Origin: Myxococcales bacterium | Lineage (GTDB): Bacteria; Myxococcota_A; Polyangia; Fen-1088 | NCBI GenBank assembly: GCA_003157775.1 | Contig: PMKP01000350.1 | Location: 2,741 to 66,740, forward strand | DNA length: 64,000 nucleotides | Direction: 5' to 3' | Part shown: positions 1-9,286 of the stretch, piece by piece | Layout of the letters: every line of letters begins with the position of its first letter | How positions within the stretch are numbered: the stretch's first letter is position 1 | The notes under the pieces: model-generated | Told to the model about the DNA's origin: nothing | The model's database searches: none | The model's input: only the letters and a program-made list of their open reading frames with translations | Made by a program: the position numbers and the translations under genes

Positions 1-256
1 CCGCGAGGGCTCCGCCAGGATCGGTAGGCCCGTCGGTTTTGTTCGGCGGCCGTCCGTTTTCCACGCGGCACAGCCCCTGCGTGACCGACCAGGTGTAAAG
101 CGCCTTGCCGTGCGATTCGGCCAAGCTGGCGAGGAGCGCGTCAACCCGCTGCTCTTCCCAAGTGACGAGGTAGATGAGCGGGTAGCGGGCGCGGATGAGG
201 ACGTCGAGTTCCTCGACAAAACCTGACAGGGAAGGGCTGGTGCGTGATTCGGGCAC
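1..256 (-). CDS. hypothetical protein, partial (runs off window start)
   Basis: Minus-strand open frame from a candidate GTG at 256 to position 1, not in the track because it has no end. Translation reads ...FVEELDVLIRARYPLIYLVTWEEQRVDALLASLAESHGKALYTWSVTQGL...; no domain confidently recognised. Confidence 0.3.
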   Translation of the reverse strand, partial: MPESRTSPSLSGFVEELDVLIRARYPLIYLVTWEEQRVDALLASLAESHGKALYTWSVTQGLCRVENGRPPNKTDGPTDPGGALA

Positions 257-498
257 GTCCTGCCATTATGCTCCGATCCGGCGGCGGGTAGAAGAAGCCC
301 TTGCTCAACCCTGGCTAGTCTGCGCGTATCGCGTGGGGTCATGCAGCCCTGTCATTCAAGCCAGGCGACAGAACAGACGAGATTTCCCATTGAAAGTCGA
401 GGTCTGTGGGCTCACATGCCACACCTGCAAACCGTCTCCGTCGGACGTGAAGGACGCCGTACTCGAAGGTGGGAGCCGAGCTCCCCGAGGAGGGACGC

Positions 499-888
499 GT
501 GAACTCGGTCAAGAACAGAAAAGTCCTCGTGGTGGAGGACTCCCGGCTCATCCACAAAATGTACGAGGTCATGTTGCGGCCAACCACCCTGTTGTCTGCC
601 TTCAATGGGCACGAGGGGCTGGACAAGCTCAGCCAGAGCCCTGACGTGGACTTCATCATTCTGGACATCAACATGCCCAAAATGACCGGGCTGGAGTTTC
701 TGGCGCAGGTTAAGACCACCCCGGCCCTGGCCAAGATTCCCGTCATCATCGTTTCGACCGACGGCAAGGAAGAAGACGTCGCGCGCGGTCTGCAGAGCGG
801 CGCGGTGGCCTACCTGAGAAAACCGTTTCAACGCGAGGATCTCCTCAAGATCATCAATCGAATCGAGTCCGAGCAAACTGCGGCATGA
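499..888 (+). CDS. CheY-like single-domain response regulator (receiver)
   Basis: KVLVVEDS acidic pocket, phospho-acceptor Asp in IILDINMP, and conserved Thr/Lys (VIIVSTDG ... LRKPF). The track start at 469 is GTG; GTG at 499 is preferred because a GAGGAGGG SD lies 5 nt upstream. Stop overlaps the next gene (ATGA at 885). Confidence 0.8.
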   Translation: MNSVKNRKVLVVEDSRLIHKMYEVMLRPTTLLSAFNGHEGLDKLSQSPDVDFIILDINMPKMTGLEFLAQVKTTPALAKIPVIIVSTDGKEEDVARGLQSGAVAYLRKPFQREDLLKIINRIESEQTAA

Positions 889-1670
889 GCGAGGACAACA
901 ACATGACCGATCCGCCCCCTTCTGCGGACGTGCCCGCCGATGAGAAGGCCCCAGCCCGCGCGGGGCGAGACGCCATGGCCACCTTGCGGCGTGCGCAGCA
1001 GCTTGTCAGCGACGCACAGGCGGCCATCGAGGAGGCGAGCCGCGTGGTGGGCCAGGGGGGCGGCGCACGCTCTGCGGGCGGGGCGGAGGCGCGCCTGGCA
1101 GTCGCTGAAAGCGAGCGCCAGGAACTAGCCAGTCGTCTGGCTGAGGTTGAGCACCAAGTCGGCCGTTTGATGACCCTGTACGTAGCGACCTATCAACTCC
1201 ATGCCACGCTCGATCCCGCGGAGGTGCAGTCGACCATCGCCGAGATCGCCCTCAACCTGATCGGCGCCGAGCAGTTCGTCCTGCTGCTCATCGACGACGA
1301 GGACAAGGGCTACGAAGTGCGGCTCATGCAGGGCGGGGCCGACACGCGCTGGGAGCAGAGCGAGTGCTACACCGGCGGCGATGCGCTGGTGGATGCGGCG
1401 TTGGCCGACGGGGGACTGCGTTTCGGGCCTACCGACGAGTCGCCGGCTCTGGCGGTGGTACCCTTGCGCGTGCAAGACTTGACGGTCGGGGCGCTGGTCA
1501 TTCTCAAGCTCTTGGAGCACAAGCCGGCCTTCGTGAAGGAAGACCACGACTTGCTCGATCTGCTGGGGGCCCACGCTGCGTCCGCGATTTTTGCCTCACG
1601 GGTGTACTCCAAGACGGCGCGCAAGTTGCGCACCCTCGAAAGTTTGATCCGTTTGGTCAACAAGGGATAA
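885..1670 (+). CDS. GAF domain protein with N-terminal coiled coil
   Basis: 261 aa. An Ala/Glu/Arg-rich coiled-coil N-terminus is followed by a GAF-like fold (IAEIALNLIGAEQFVLLLIDDE ... PLRVQDLTVGALVIL). Translationally coupled to the upstream receiver by an ATGA overlap. Confidence 0.7.
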   Translation: MSEDNNMTDPPPSADVPADEKAPARAGRDAMATLRRAQQLVSDAQAAIEEASRVVGQGGGARSAGGAEARLAVAESERQELASRLAEVEHQVGRLMTLYVATYQLHATLDPAEVQSTIAEIALNLIGAEQFVLLLIDDEDKGYEVRLMQGGADTRWEQSECYTGGDALVDAALADGGLRFGPTDESPALAVVPLRVQDLTVGALVILKLLEHKPAFVKEDHDLLDLLGAHAASAIFASRVYSKTARKLRTLESLIRLVNKG

Positions 1671-1709
1671 CGTGAGCGCGACCATCGCAAATAGCCAGCG
1701 GCATCGGAC

Positions 1710-3326
1710 ATGAGCTTCCAGGGTCGAATCGAGGATGTCGCCATCGCGGACGTGATGCAGCTCATCCGCTTGGGTGGGCATTCGGGCAGCTTGTCGATCC
1801 GCGCTGGTGAAGAGGAGGCGCTCATCGGGTTCGAACGCGGTCGCCTGGTCAGCGGCTGGAGTTCCCGCTCGTTGCGCCTGGGCGAGTTGCTGCTCGGGGC
1901 GGGCGCTCTCGACGAGCCTACCTTGCAGCGGGCGCTGGAGGCGCAAGAGGTCGAGCGACCTCGGCGCGCCATCGGGCAGATTCTGGTCCGCCAAGGTGCC
2001 ACCACGCCGGAAATCATCCGACAGGTCATCGGGCGCGAGATCGAGCGCGTGGTCAAGGAGGTGCTGGCCTGGCCCACCGGCACCTTCGATTTCGCGCTGG
2101 ACGACCTGACCCCAGTGGTGGAGGTGTCGCGCCTCTCCGGTGCGCCCAAGGTCGACCTCGACACCCAGCAGGTTCTTCTGGAGGTCCTGCAGGCCATAGA
2201 GGAAGAGTCCGTCCGCACCGCCTGCCAGCCGCCCACCCCCACCGAGGTTGCGCCGGAAGGGTCGGAGGCGGTCGAGGAGTTCGTGCACGTGATCACCAGG
2301 AGCGGGCGCAAGCCGCTCGACGGTGCGCTCAGGGAGAGCTCCGAGTCCACCGTCTCTGAGACCGCAATCACCGCCAAGCTCGAGGTGCCGGATCGCCCGC
2401 GCTTTCAACTGGTTTCGCCCGATGTCGAACTGTTGGCGCGGATCAATCAGCTTCTAGCTGAAACTGGCGACCACATGTCGGCGGTGGGCTTGCGCGACGC
2501 TGGGGCGTCGCTTCTGGGCGAGGCACCGCCCATCGTGGTGGTGGATCTCCGCTACCAGGCGCGAGGCGCGGACACGCTCACCGCACTCTGCCGGTCGCGG
2601 CCACGGGCCTCCGTGGTCGTGCTTTTCGAGGGGCGTGCGCCTTTGCGCGACCTTTTCCGCGCGGGTGTGCTGTCCATCACTGCGGCATCGCCCGAAACGG
2701 TGGTCGCCTGTGTGCACAGTGTGGCGCGCCAGCGCCGGTACCTTTCCAACGAAAGTGCCATCACCGAGGGCGTGCGCGCCAGCCTGGCGCGCCTGCGCCG
2801 GATCATTGTCGATTTGCGCTCGGGGCTTCTCTCGACCTCGGTGTCGGCCAATCTGCTCAGCGTGGTGGCCGAGTCGCTTGACCGGGGCGTGCTCCTGGTG
2901 CCCGACCGCGATCAACTGGTGGCTCTGGGTGCGTTTGGGCAAACCGCACAGGGCGAGGAGTTGCTGAGCAAGACACAGAATCTCGCCTTCCCGGTTGGCC
3001 CAAGCGGGGTTTTCTTCGAGTGCCTTTGCGACAGTCACACCCGCCGCATGAGCTTCGACAGTGCGCAATTGCCGCCGGCTTTCCGCGAGGTGGTCGACCG
3101 TCCGGTGTCCGGCGAGATTGCCGTCTTGCCCGTGCCGGGCAGCGAGCACGTGATCGCCATCATCTACCTCGACAACGGCGCACGTGATCGTCCGGTGGGC
3201 GATATCGAGCTCTTTGAGCTAGCGGCTTTCCAGCTCGGACTGGCGTTGGAAAACGAATTCCTGCGGCGCTCGGGCCCCGAGCAGAGGACAGGCGGCCCCG
3301 CCATCAAGATGCGCACCATGGGCTAG
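1710..3326 (+). CDS. DUF4388 domain protein with MshEN-like (T2SSE_N) motif and C-terminal GAF-like domain
   Basis: N-terminus RIEDVAIADVMQLIRLGGHSGSLSI...GFERGRLV matches DUF4388. It is followed by RLGELLLGAGALDEPTLQRALEAQ, a 24-aa MshEN-type motif, and a degenerate second copy. The C-terminus (IIYLDNGARDRPVGDIELFELAAFQLGLALEN) is GAF-like. Confidence 0.75.
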   Translation: MSFQGRIEDVAIADVMQLIRLGGHSGSLSIRAGEEEALIGFERGRLVSGWSSRSLRLGELLLGAGALDEPTLQRALEAQEVERPRRAIGQILVRQGATTPEIIRQVIGREIERVVKEVLAWPTGTFDFALDDLTPVVEVSRLSGAPKVDLDTQQVLLEVLQAIEEESVRTACQPPTPTEVAPEGSEAVEEFVHVITRSGRKPLDGALRESSESTVSETAITAKLEVPDRPRFQLVSPDVELLARINQLLAETGDHMSAVGLRDAGASLLGEAPPIVVVDLRYQARGADTLTALCRSRPRASVVVLFEGRAPLRDLFRAGVLSITAASPETVVACVHSVARQRRYLSNESAITEGVRASLARLRRIIVDLRSGLLSTSVSANLLSVVAESLDRGVLLVPDRDQLVALGAFGQTAQGEELLSKTQNLAFPVGPSGVFFECLCDSHTRRMSFDSAQLPPAFREVVDRPVSGEIAVLPVPGSEHVIAIIYLDNGARDRPVGDIELFELAAFQLGLALENEFLRRSGPEQRTGGPAIKMRTMG

Positions 3327-3330
3327 CGCC

Positions 3331-3610
3331 GTGGAAGAGCTCTTCGCATCCCTCACCAAAGACTTCGGCGAGGAGACAGGGCCACTGGCGCGCGAGGTGG
3401 CCACCCTGGTCGCTTCTGCGTGCCATGCCGTCGGAGCGCCCTGACATCGACCTGCTGGTCGAGGGGCTCGATTCGGGTCGCCGGGCAGAGGCGCTTGGCC
3501 GCCTCTTCTTGCTCGCTCCTTTGCCTGTCGACCTGGTGCCCATGGAGTTGGGGCGTCGGGAGATCGTGCAGCGAGCCCTTGAAGAGGGGGAGATCCTCTA
3601 TGCCGCCTGA
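3331..3610 (+). pseudogene. degenerate nucleotidyltransferase (MNT-type, antitoxin-like) remnant with frameshift
   Basis: Frame 1 (3331-3444: ...LVASACHAVGAP*) overlaps frame 2 ORF 3425-3610 (ERPDIDLLVEG...VDLVPMELGRREIVQRALEEGEILYAA). This resembles the hGSxARG...SDIDLLV...VDLV...EGxxLY pattern of minimal nucleotidyltransferases, but split across two frames and with the GS/ARG residues altered. Confidence 0.35.
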
Positions 3611-3759
3611 GCACCCTATGCCGTTGCTCTGGACGAGGCCGAGCTGAGGCGTCACGCCAGCCGCTTGGAACGAACGCACCCAGGCATCCGCGAAGACCTG
3701 CGTGGCTTCGAAGAGGTCGTGCTGGGCTGGATCCAGACGCTAGAAGACGCCGCCACGCC

Positions 3760-3783
3760 GTAGGGGCGACCTGCGGTCGCCCC
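3760..3783. repeat. REP-like palindromic element copy 1 (GTAGGGGCGACC-TGC-GGTCGCCCC)
   Basis: 9-bp perfect stem (3763-3771 / 3775-3783) with a 3-nt loop. Located between convergent genes. Its TAG at 3761-3763 terminates the upstream frame. Confidence 0.7.
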
Positions 3784-3803
3784 GCACGCGGCTGCGCTCG
3801 CCC

Positions 3804-4265
3804 CTACCGCTTCGCCGCTGGTGTGCCGCCTCCCCGGCGGAAGCGCTTCCATACCACGGCGTCGAGCGCCCAGCGGCCACAACCCAGCATCAAGATGGCC
3901 AGGCTTGCCGTCAGGTAAAGCAGGGTGGCCTCGCGCTGGCGCCAAGGCAGGCCGGCCTCGCCGGAGAAAAACGTCAGGCCCAGGCTGAAGGCGAGCAGCA
4001 GGGCTGCCAGCCGACCAGCCAGGCCAAGGGTGACCAGAATGCCACCGACGAATTCCGCTGCCACGGCCAGCATCAGGCTGTGGCGATGGCCCATGCCGAG
4101 CGGGTCAGGAAAGCTGGCCATGCGTTCACTGTAGTGGCGCACTTTTTCCCAGCCGTGCAAACAAACCATGTTGACGCCCACTCCAAGGCGCAGGACGAAC
4201 AGCCCCAGGTTGACGACATTCTCTTTGCTGAAGACCGACACGGGTGAAGCGTCGCACATCTGCAC
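3804..4265 (-). CDS. DoxX family membrane protein
   Basis: LGLFVLRLGVGVNMVCLHGWEKV is a DoxX-type N-terminus. About four transmembrane helices, 153 aa. Confidence 0.7.
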   Translation of the reverse strand: MQMCDASPVSVFSKENVVNLGLFVLRLGVGVNMVCLHGWEKVRHYSERMASFPDPLGMGHRHSLMLAVAAEFVGGILVTLGLAGRLAALLLAFSLGLTFFSGEAGLPWRQREATLLYLTASLAILMLGCGRWALDAVVWKRFRRGGGTPAAKR

Positions 4266-4295
4266 GAAAGACCCAAGAAAATGGGCAATTTGTGC

Positions 4296-5282
4296 CTACC
4301 CGCGCTTCATTGCTTCGACGACTTCGTCTACCGTGGGCAGGCCGGAACGCGAGCCCAGGCTGCGGCAAGCCAGTCCTGCGGTGGCGTTGGCGAAGGGCAG
4401 GGCGCGTTCCAGCGACCAGCCTTTGAGTTGGGCGTAGGCGAAGGCGCCGCAGAAGGCATCGCCCGCGCCGGTGGTATCTGCCACAAAGACGTCGATGGCG
4501 TCCTGTTGGACCAACTTGGTGCCCTCCAGGGCAACCGCGCCGGCCTCGCCCATGGTGATGACCGCGGTCCGCGGACCCAACCGGGTGATCTCGCGCAGGC
4601 TGTTGGCCAGCTCGTCAGAAGGCGCCAGCTCGTTGGCAAAACGCTCGGAAGCCACCACGATATCGGACAAAGTGAGCAGCTCGCCCATGCCACCCGAAAG
4701 TTGGCTGGCGTTGAGCAGGACGGTGATCCCCTTGGCGCGCGCCTTTTCCGCGACCGCGGCTTGCAAGGCTGGCTGCGATCCGTCGATGCACAGAAGTCGC
4801 GCACCGTCGAGCAATCGGTCCGGCAGATCGCGGGTAGAGAGCGCCGTCACATTGCCGCGAGAAAGCAGAATCCTGCGCTGGTGACTGAGTTCATCGATCT
4901 GGATGACCGAGACCGGAGACACCTTACCCTTTTCGATCGCCAGCACGGACGTGTCGATGCGCAGTTGTTGCAGGGAGCGAAGGATGAACCGGCCGAACTC
5001 GTCGTCACCCACCCGACCGAAATAGCGCCCGCGCACCCCGAGCGTGGCCAGCACCGCCAGGATGTTGGTGGCGGAGCCGCCACCCTGCATGCTGAAGACC
5101 GATATTTCCACCAGTCGGTGCTCGACGCGCGGCACAACGCACATCAGGTCCACGGTGGCCAGGCCGACGCCCACGGCCAGATCACCGCGCGCGGCGCCTG
5201 CGCGTCGATCGGAGGCCGGCCGCTTTGCGGCCGGGCGGGTCTTCTTGCGGTTAGGCTTGCGGGGTTCTCGCGCTTTCACCAC
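4296..5282 (-). CDS. PfkB family carbohydrate (ribokinase-like) kinase
   Basis: DTTGAGDAFCGAFAY anion-hole/catalytic motif, VDLMCVVP N-terminal sheet, and a GG dipeptide region. The basic 40-aa N-terminal extension suggests the true start is an internal GTG. Confidence 0.8.
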   Translation of the reverse strand: MVKAREPRKPNRKKTRPAAKRPASDRRAGAARGDLAVGVGLATVDLMCVVPRVEHRLVEISVFSMQGGGSATNILAVLATLGVRGRYFGRVGDDEFGRFILRSLQQLRIDTSVLAIEKGKVSPVSVIQIDELSHQRRILLSRGNVTALSTRDLPDRLLDGARLLCIDGSQPALQAAVAEKARAKGITVLLNASQLSGGMGELLTLSDIVVASERFANELAPSDELANSLREITRLGPRTAVITMGEAGAVALEGTKLVQQDAIDVFVADTTGAGDAFCGAFAYAQLKGWSLERALPFANATAGLACRSLGSRSGLPTVDEVVEAMKRG

Positions 5283-5335
5283 GGGCCTATGCTACCACCC
5301 CATGGAAATTTTTCTTGTTTGCGGCAACTGATGGT

Positions 5336-8300
5336 CTAGTTGGACTCGCGAAGACCAGCGGACGCCGGCAGGAGAGGCCTGCCCAGCGCGCTCTGGCCCT
5401 CGATGAAGCGTTCCAGCGCCGCCACCGCTTTCGCACAGCTCGCATTCGCGTAGTACGAGCGGCCCAGATAGTAGAGCAGCTCAGGCCGTCGCTTGACATA
5501 GTCGGCGTCGTCAGCCAGGGGCTTGAGCTCGTCGATGGCATCGCCGTAGAACTCAGCCTTGTATTCGAGAAGGCCGGTGAGCAGGGCGACGTCCTTGCCC
5601 AGCTTTCCACCCCAGGTCTCCTCGGGCCAGTCGTCGACAACCTTGAAGGCGCTGGCGAACTTGTTCTTGTCCACCAGCGCGACGATCTGCTGGTACTCCG
5701 CGCGCACGCGCTCGGCTATCCCTGGCGCCAGTCCGGGGGGCGGCACAGGCGGTTGCAGTCCGTCGTCTGGGGCAAGCGCGATCTCGGGATCGCGATCCTC
5801 GCGCGTGGCCACCAGGTCAAGCAGTAGGCGCGCGTGCGCCACCTCGGGGCCGCTGCCCGCAGCCTCGGCCCGGCGCTGCCATAGGTGGGCCTCGCGCGCC
5901 TTGCCGTGAGCCAACAGGCTGCGCGCCAGCCGCGCCATGGCGACCGCGCGGTCAGGGCCGTCGTAGCCGGCCACCAGCTCGCTCAGGCGGCCGTAGGGCC
6001 ACATCGGGCCGTAGATCTTGGCCAGGTACGGATCGAACTTGGCGTAGCCAAGCAGATCGCGTGGGGCCGCAAACTCGATGAGCGCATTGTCGTCGGTGTT
6101 CACCGTTGCGCCGGCGGTAAACGAGCGCAGTTCTTCCGGGCCGAGCAGCAGGAAGGCGGGCACGTCGTGGGGCGAAGCGAAGCCGGCCCGCTTGGCCTCG
6201 GCTGCAACCATCGGATCTTGGAAGGCACGCGCGATCTGGCGCACGTCCAGATTGATGGGGTGGCGGCGGGCAATCAAGATGGTGTCGGAGGACAGGTCCT
6301 CGGCGGCGAACACCATCACATAGGGAAATTCCTCGGCCAGCGTGCGGTAGATGGCCTTGATGTTCCAGGGGGCCATCTCGTAGAGCTGCGCCCACTGACA
6401 GAAGATGCCGTCGTCGCGCAGGCGCGCCTTGACGTCCTGGAAATACTCGCGGGTGAACAGGTTGGAAACCCCGGTAATCCAGGGATTGGACGGCTGGCTG
6501 ATGATAACGTCGAACTTGTCGCTGCGCTGGCTGAGGAAGTTGCGGCCGTCACCCACCAGGGCGCGCACCTTGGGGTTCTCCAAGGGGCGCTGATTGACGC
6601 TGTCAAAGAAGTGCGACGCCTCGTAAATGGCCGGTTCCAACTCCACCACCTCCAGCGAGGCGATCGGGTACTGGGTGACCGCACCCGCGGTCACGCCCGA
6701 GCCGAACCCGACCAGCGCGACCTTGGGCGGGTGATCGTTCTGGTAGAGTAAGAGCGGCAAGAGGCCCACGCTGATCTGGGTCGGCATGTCAGCGTCGTTG
6801 GAGGCGTCGACCTTGCCGTTGTTTTTCAGGGAGAATACCTTGCCCCACTGGTCGACCGACACGGTCGTGGCGATGCCGTCCTTGTAGTAGACCAGCTTGG
6901 GCATCTGCCATTTCTTCTTTTGGTGGCGGTGCTCGACAATTTCGATGTAGTCGCGTGCCATGGAAACGCGAAAGAAGCCGATGGAGAAATCGGTGAGATT
7001 CCAGCGCGGCAGGGCCAGAGCCAAAAGCGCCATGCCCGCCGCAGTAGCCATGCCCAGGATGCGGCGGGAAGGCGCAAGGCTGCGGCAGACCGAGAAAAGC
7101 AGCGCGGCCAGCCCCAGATCGAGCACCGCCGAGACGTAGATGCCCTTTTGCAACCCGAGCTGGGGCAGGACGACAAAGCCCGACAGGAACGATCCCACGA
7201 TGGCACCCACGGTGTTGAGCGCGTAGGCCGAGCCCACATCGCGGCCCACCCGGTGAAGGCTCGCGGTCACCACCCGCACAGTGAGCGGGAAGATGGCGCC
7301 CATGAGGAAGGTCGAGGGCAAGACCGCGATGCAGGCCAGGGTGAACTGACACACGAGAACCGCGTCGGCCGTGATGGAGGTGGACGACAACAGATAGGTG
7401 AAGACATAGGGCAGCCGGTCGGTGACCAGATAGGAAAACCCGATCGCGGCCACGATGCCCAGGTGGACCATGGCCAGGCTGCGCACGGGATCGCGGAACC
7501 GTTGCGCCAGACGACCGAAGGCCGCCGAGCCGGCGCCCAGGCCGATGAGGAAGGCCAGCAGGATGATGGTGAACGAGAAGATCGACGAGCCGATGATGAC
7601 CGCCAGGGCGCGCGTCCAGAGGACCTGCAGGGTCATGGCGGTGGCGCCCGAGACCGCGAAGGCGAAGAGGACCGCGCGCCGAGCCGCCGGCGTGACGAGC
7701 GGCAGGTCGGTCTCGGCGGCCTGGGCAGCCAACTCGTCGAGGGTGGGACCTTTGGGCGCCGCGGGCCAGCGGCGGCTGAAACGCTGGGCGATCAAGATAG
7801 CGGCGGCCAGCGAAAGATCGAAACTGGCGGCCAGGAAATTGGTGCTGCGCACTCCGATGAGCGGCAGGGAGATGAACCCGGCTAGGAAGGAACCGCTCAC
7901 GCCCCCGAAGATGTTCACCGCGTAGAGAGTGCCGAGACGCAGGCTCACGCGGCCCAACTCGAAGGGGCGCGACACGAAGTAACGAGCCAGCAAGGGGAGG
8001 GTCGCGCCCATGAGTGTGGTGGGCACGATGAGCAACCCGGCCGAGGCCGCGAAACGCAGCAGCGAGAGCAGGGTGTAGCGATCGCCGAAGGCGGCCCACA
8101 GCCAGTGGTTGAGCCCCGGGTAGAAGTGGATCAGCCAGGGCACGGCCAGGGCGTAGAGTCCGATGGCGGCTTCGGCTAGGGCATAGGCCCGTACCGAATT
8201 CTTGATGCGATCGGCGACCTTGCCCGCCAGGTACGAACCCAGACCGAGCCCGCCCATGTAGGTGGCCAGGACGGTGGACACGGCGAGCGCGGTGGACCCG

Positions 8301-8392
8301 AACACCAGGGTCAACATGCGCGTCCATAGAAGTTCGAGGATGAGCCCCGACGCCCCTGACAGGAAGAAGCAGCAGAGAACGACAGTTGGCAT
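5336..8392 (-). CDS. fused MFS-like transmembrane domain / spermidine-synthase-like (PABS) domain protein with C-terminal TPR repeats
   Basis: 1018 aa. About 12-14 TM helices in the N-terminal half. Then VALVGFGSGVTAGAV...VVELEPAIYEASHFF...DVIISQPSNPWITGVSNLFTREYF (aminopropyltransferase fold). The C-terminus is TPR-like. Confidence 0.8.
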   Translation of the reverse strand: MPTVVLCCFFLSGASGLILELLWTRMLTLVFGSTALAVSTVLATYMGGLGLGSYLAGKVADRIKNSVRAYALAEAAIGLYALAVPWLIHFYPGLNHWLWAAFGDRYTLLSLLRFAASAGLLIVPTTLMGATLPLLARYFVSRPFELGRVSLRLGTLYAVNIFGGVSGSFLAGFISLPLIGVRSTNFLAASFDLSLAAAILIAQRFSRRWPAAPKGPTLDELAAQAAETDLPLVTPAARRAVLFAFAVSGATAMTLQVLWTRALAVIIGSSIFSFTIILLAFLIGLGAGSAAFGRLAQRFRDPVRSLAMVHLGIVAAIGFSYLVTDRLPYVFTYLLSSTSITADAVLVCQFTLACIAVLPSTFLMGAIFPLTVRVVTASLHRVGRDVGSAYALNTVGAIVGSFLSGFVVLPQLGLQKGIYVSAVLDLGLAALLFSVCRSLAPSRRILGMATAAGMALLALALPRWNLTDFSIGFFRVSMARDYIEIVEHRHQKKKWQMPKLVYYKDGIATTVSVDQWGKVFSLKNNGKVDASNDADMPTQISVGLLPLLLYQNDHPPKVALVGFGSGVTAGAVTQYPIASLEVVELEPAIYEASHFFDSVNQRPLENPKVRALVGDGRNFLSQRSDKFDVIISQPSNPWITGVSNLFTREYFQDVKARLRDDGIFCQWAQLYEMAPWNIKAIYRTLAEEFPYVMVFAAEDLSSDTILIARRHPINLDVRQIARAFQDPMVAAEAKRAGFASPHDVPAFLLLGPEELRSFTAGATVNTDDNALIEFAAPRDLLGYAKFDPYLAKIYGPMWPYGRLSELVAGYDGPDRAVAMARLARSLLAHGKAREAHLWQRRAEAAGSGPEVAHARLLLDLVATREDRDPEIALAPDDGLQPPVPPPGLAPGIAERVRAEYQQIVALVDKNKFASAFKVVDDWPEETWGGKLGKDVALLTGLLEYKAEFYGDAIDELKPLADDADYVKRRPELLYYLGRSYYANASCAKAVAALERFIEGQSALGRPLLPASAGLRESN

Positions 8393-8548
8393 CGGCGACC
8401 GCCTTTCTAGCCTGGCCTATCCGTGATGCCAACGGCCAGGGGTGCCAACGGCGTCGTTTCTGGTGCGGCCGTCTTGTGATGCGCTTCGCAGTGCGTCCTA
8501 GCTGGCTTTTCCCAACTCGGCAGCCCGCAATGGTATCGTAAACACTAG

Positions 8549-9286
8549 ATGCGTTACGGGATCCTCTCGGACACCCACGCCAACATCGAGGCGCTGGAAG
8601 CGGTCCTCAAGGCGTACCAGTCGGAGAAGATCGACAAGTACATATGCCTCGGCGATACCGTCGGCTACGGCGCGAGCCCCAATGAAGCCTGCAACTTGAT
8701 GCGGTCCCTGGGCGCGCAGGCGGTACTGGGCAATCACGATGCCGCGGTGGCGGGACGCATGGACTATTCCTACTACTACTACGCCGCACGCCAGGTGCTG
8801 GACAAGCATGCCCAAGTTCTCGATGCGGAGAACATGGAGTGGCTGAAGAGCCTGCCCTACGACCATCGCGAGGACGACATCCTCTTCTGCCACGGGTCGC
8901 CCATCAACATTCGCGAGTTCGACTACATCTTTGCGCGCGACCAGGCCGCCCAGTGCCTGGCCATCTGGGACCATCTTCCCCAGCTCACCGTGATCGGCCA
9001 TTCCCATCTGTGCAAGTCGTTTGCCATCAACCCCGAGCATCCGGGCGCGCAGGAGGTGGTGACGCTCAAGTTCGAGCTGCGAGCAGGGTGGAAGTACATC
9101 ATCAGCGCGGGCTCGGTGGGCCAGCCGCGGGATTTCGATCCGCGCGCCAGCTACACCATCTTCGACACGGCCACGCGGACTTTCGAGTTCAAGCGTGTGG
9201 AATACGACATCAAGGCCGCAGTGGCGAAGATCCTGGCCTCAGATCTCGAGCCCAACTTCGGTACGCGTCTGTTCCTGGGGATCTAG
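8549..9286 (+). CDS. metallophosphoesterase (calcineurin-like phosphoesterase family)
   Basis: Motif set YGILSDTHAN, ICLGDTVGYG, GNHD, FCHGSP and GHSH matches DxH...GDxxDRG...GNH[DE]...GH metal ligands. Confidence 0.8.
   Translation: MRYGILSDTHANIEALEAVLKAYQSEKIDKYICLGDTVGYGASPNEACNLMRSLGAQAVLGNHDAAVAGRMDYSYYYYAARQVLDKHAQVLDAENMEWLKSLPYDHREDDILFCHGSPINIREFDYIFARDQAAQCLAIWDHLPQLTVIGHSHLCKSFAINPEHPGAQEVVTLKFELRAGWKYIISAGSVGQPRDFDPRASYTIFDTATRTFEFKRVEYDIKAAVAKILASDLEPNFGTRLFLGI

Noticed and set aside
3219-3945. Minus-strand ORFs 3219-3614, 3353-3679 and 3652-3945
   Set aside because: They overlap each other and the MNT-like region. Their Pro/Arg/Gly-rich translations have no domain logic, and the region is better explained by the plus-strand remnant plus REP.
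6789-8432. 547-aa and other (6920-7885, 7455-7925) ORFs overlapping the MFS/spermidine-synthase gene
   Set aside because: They are alternative-frame or antisense to a 1018-aa ORF with coherent TM and enzyme-domain content. Their Arg/Gly/Pro-rich composition is typical of GC-rich off-frames.
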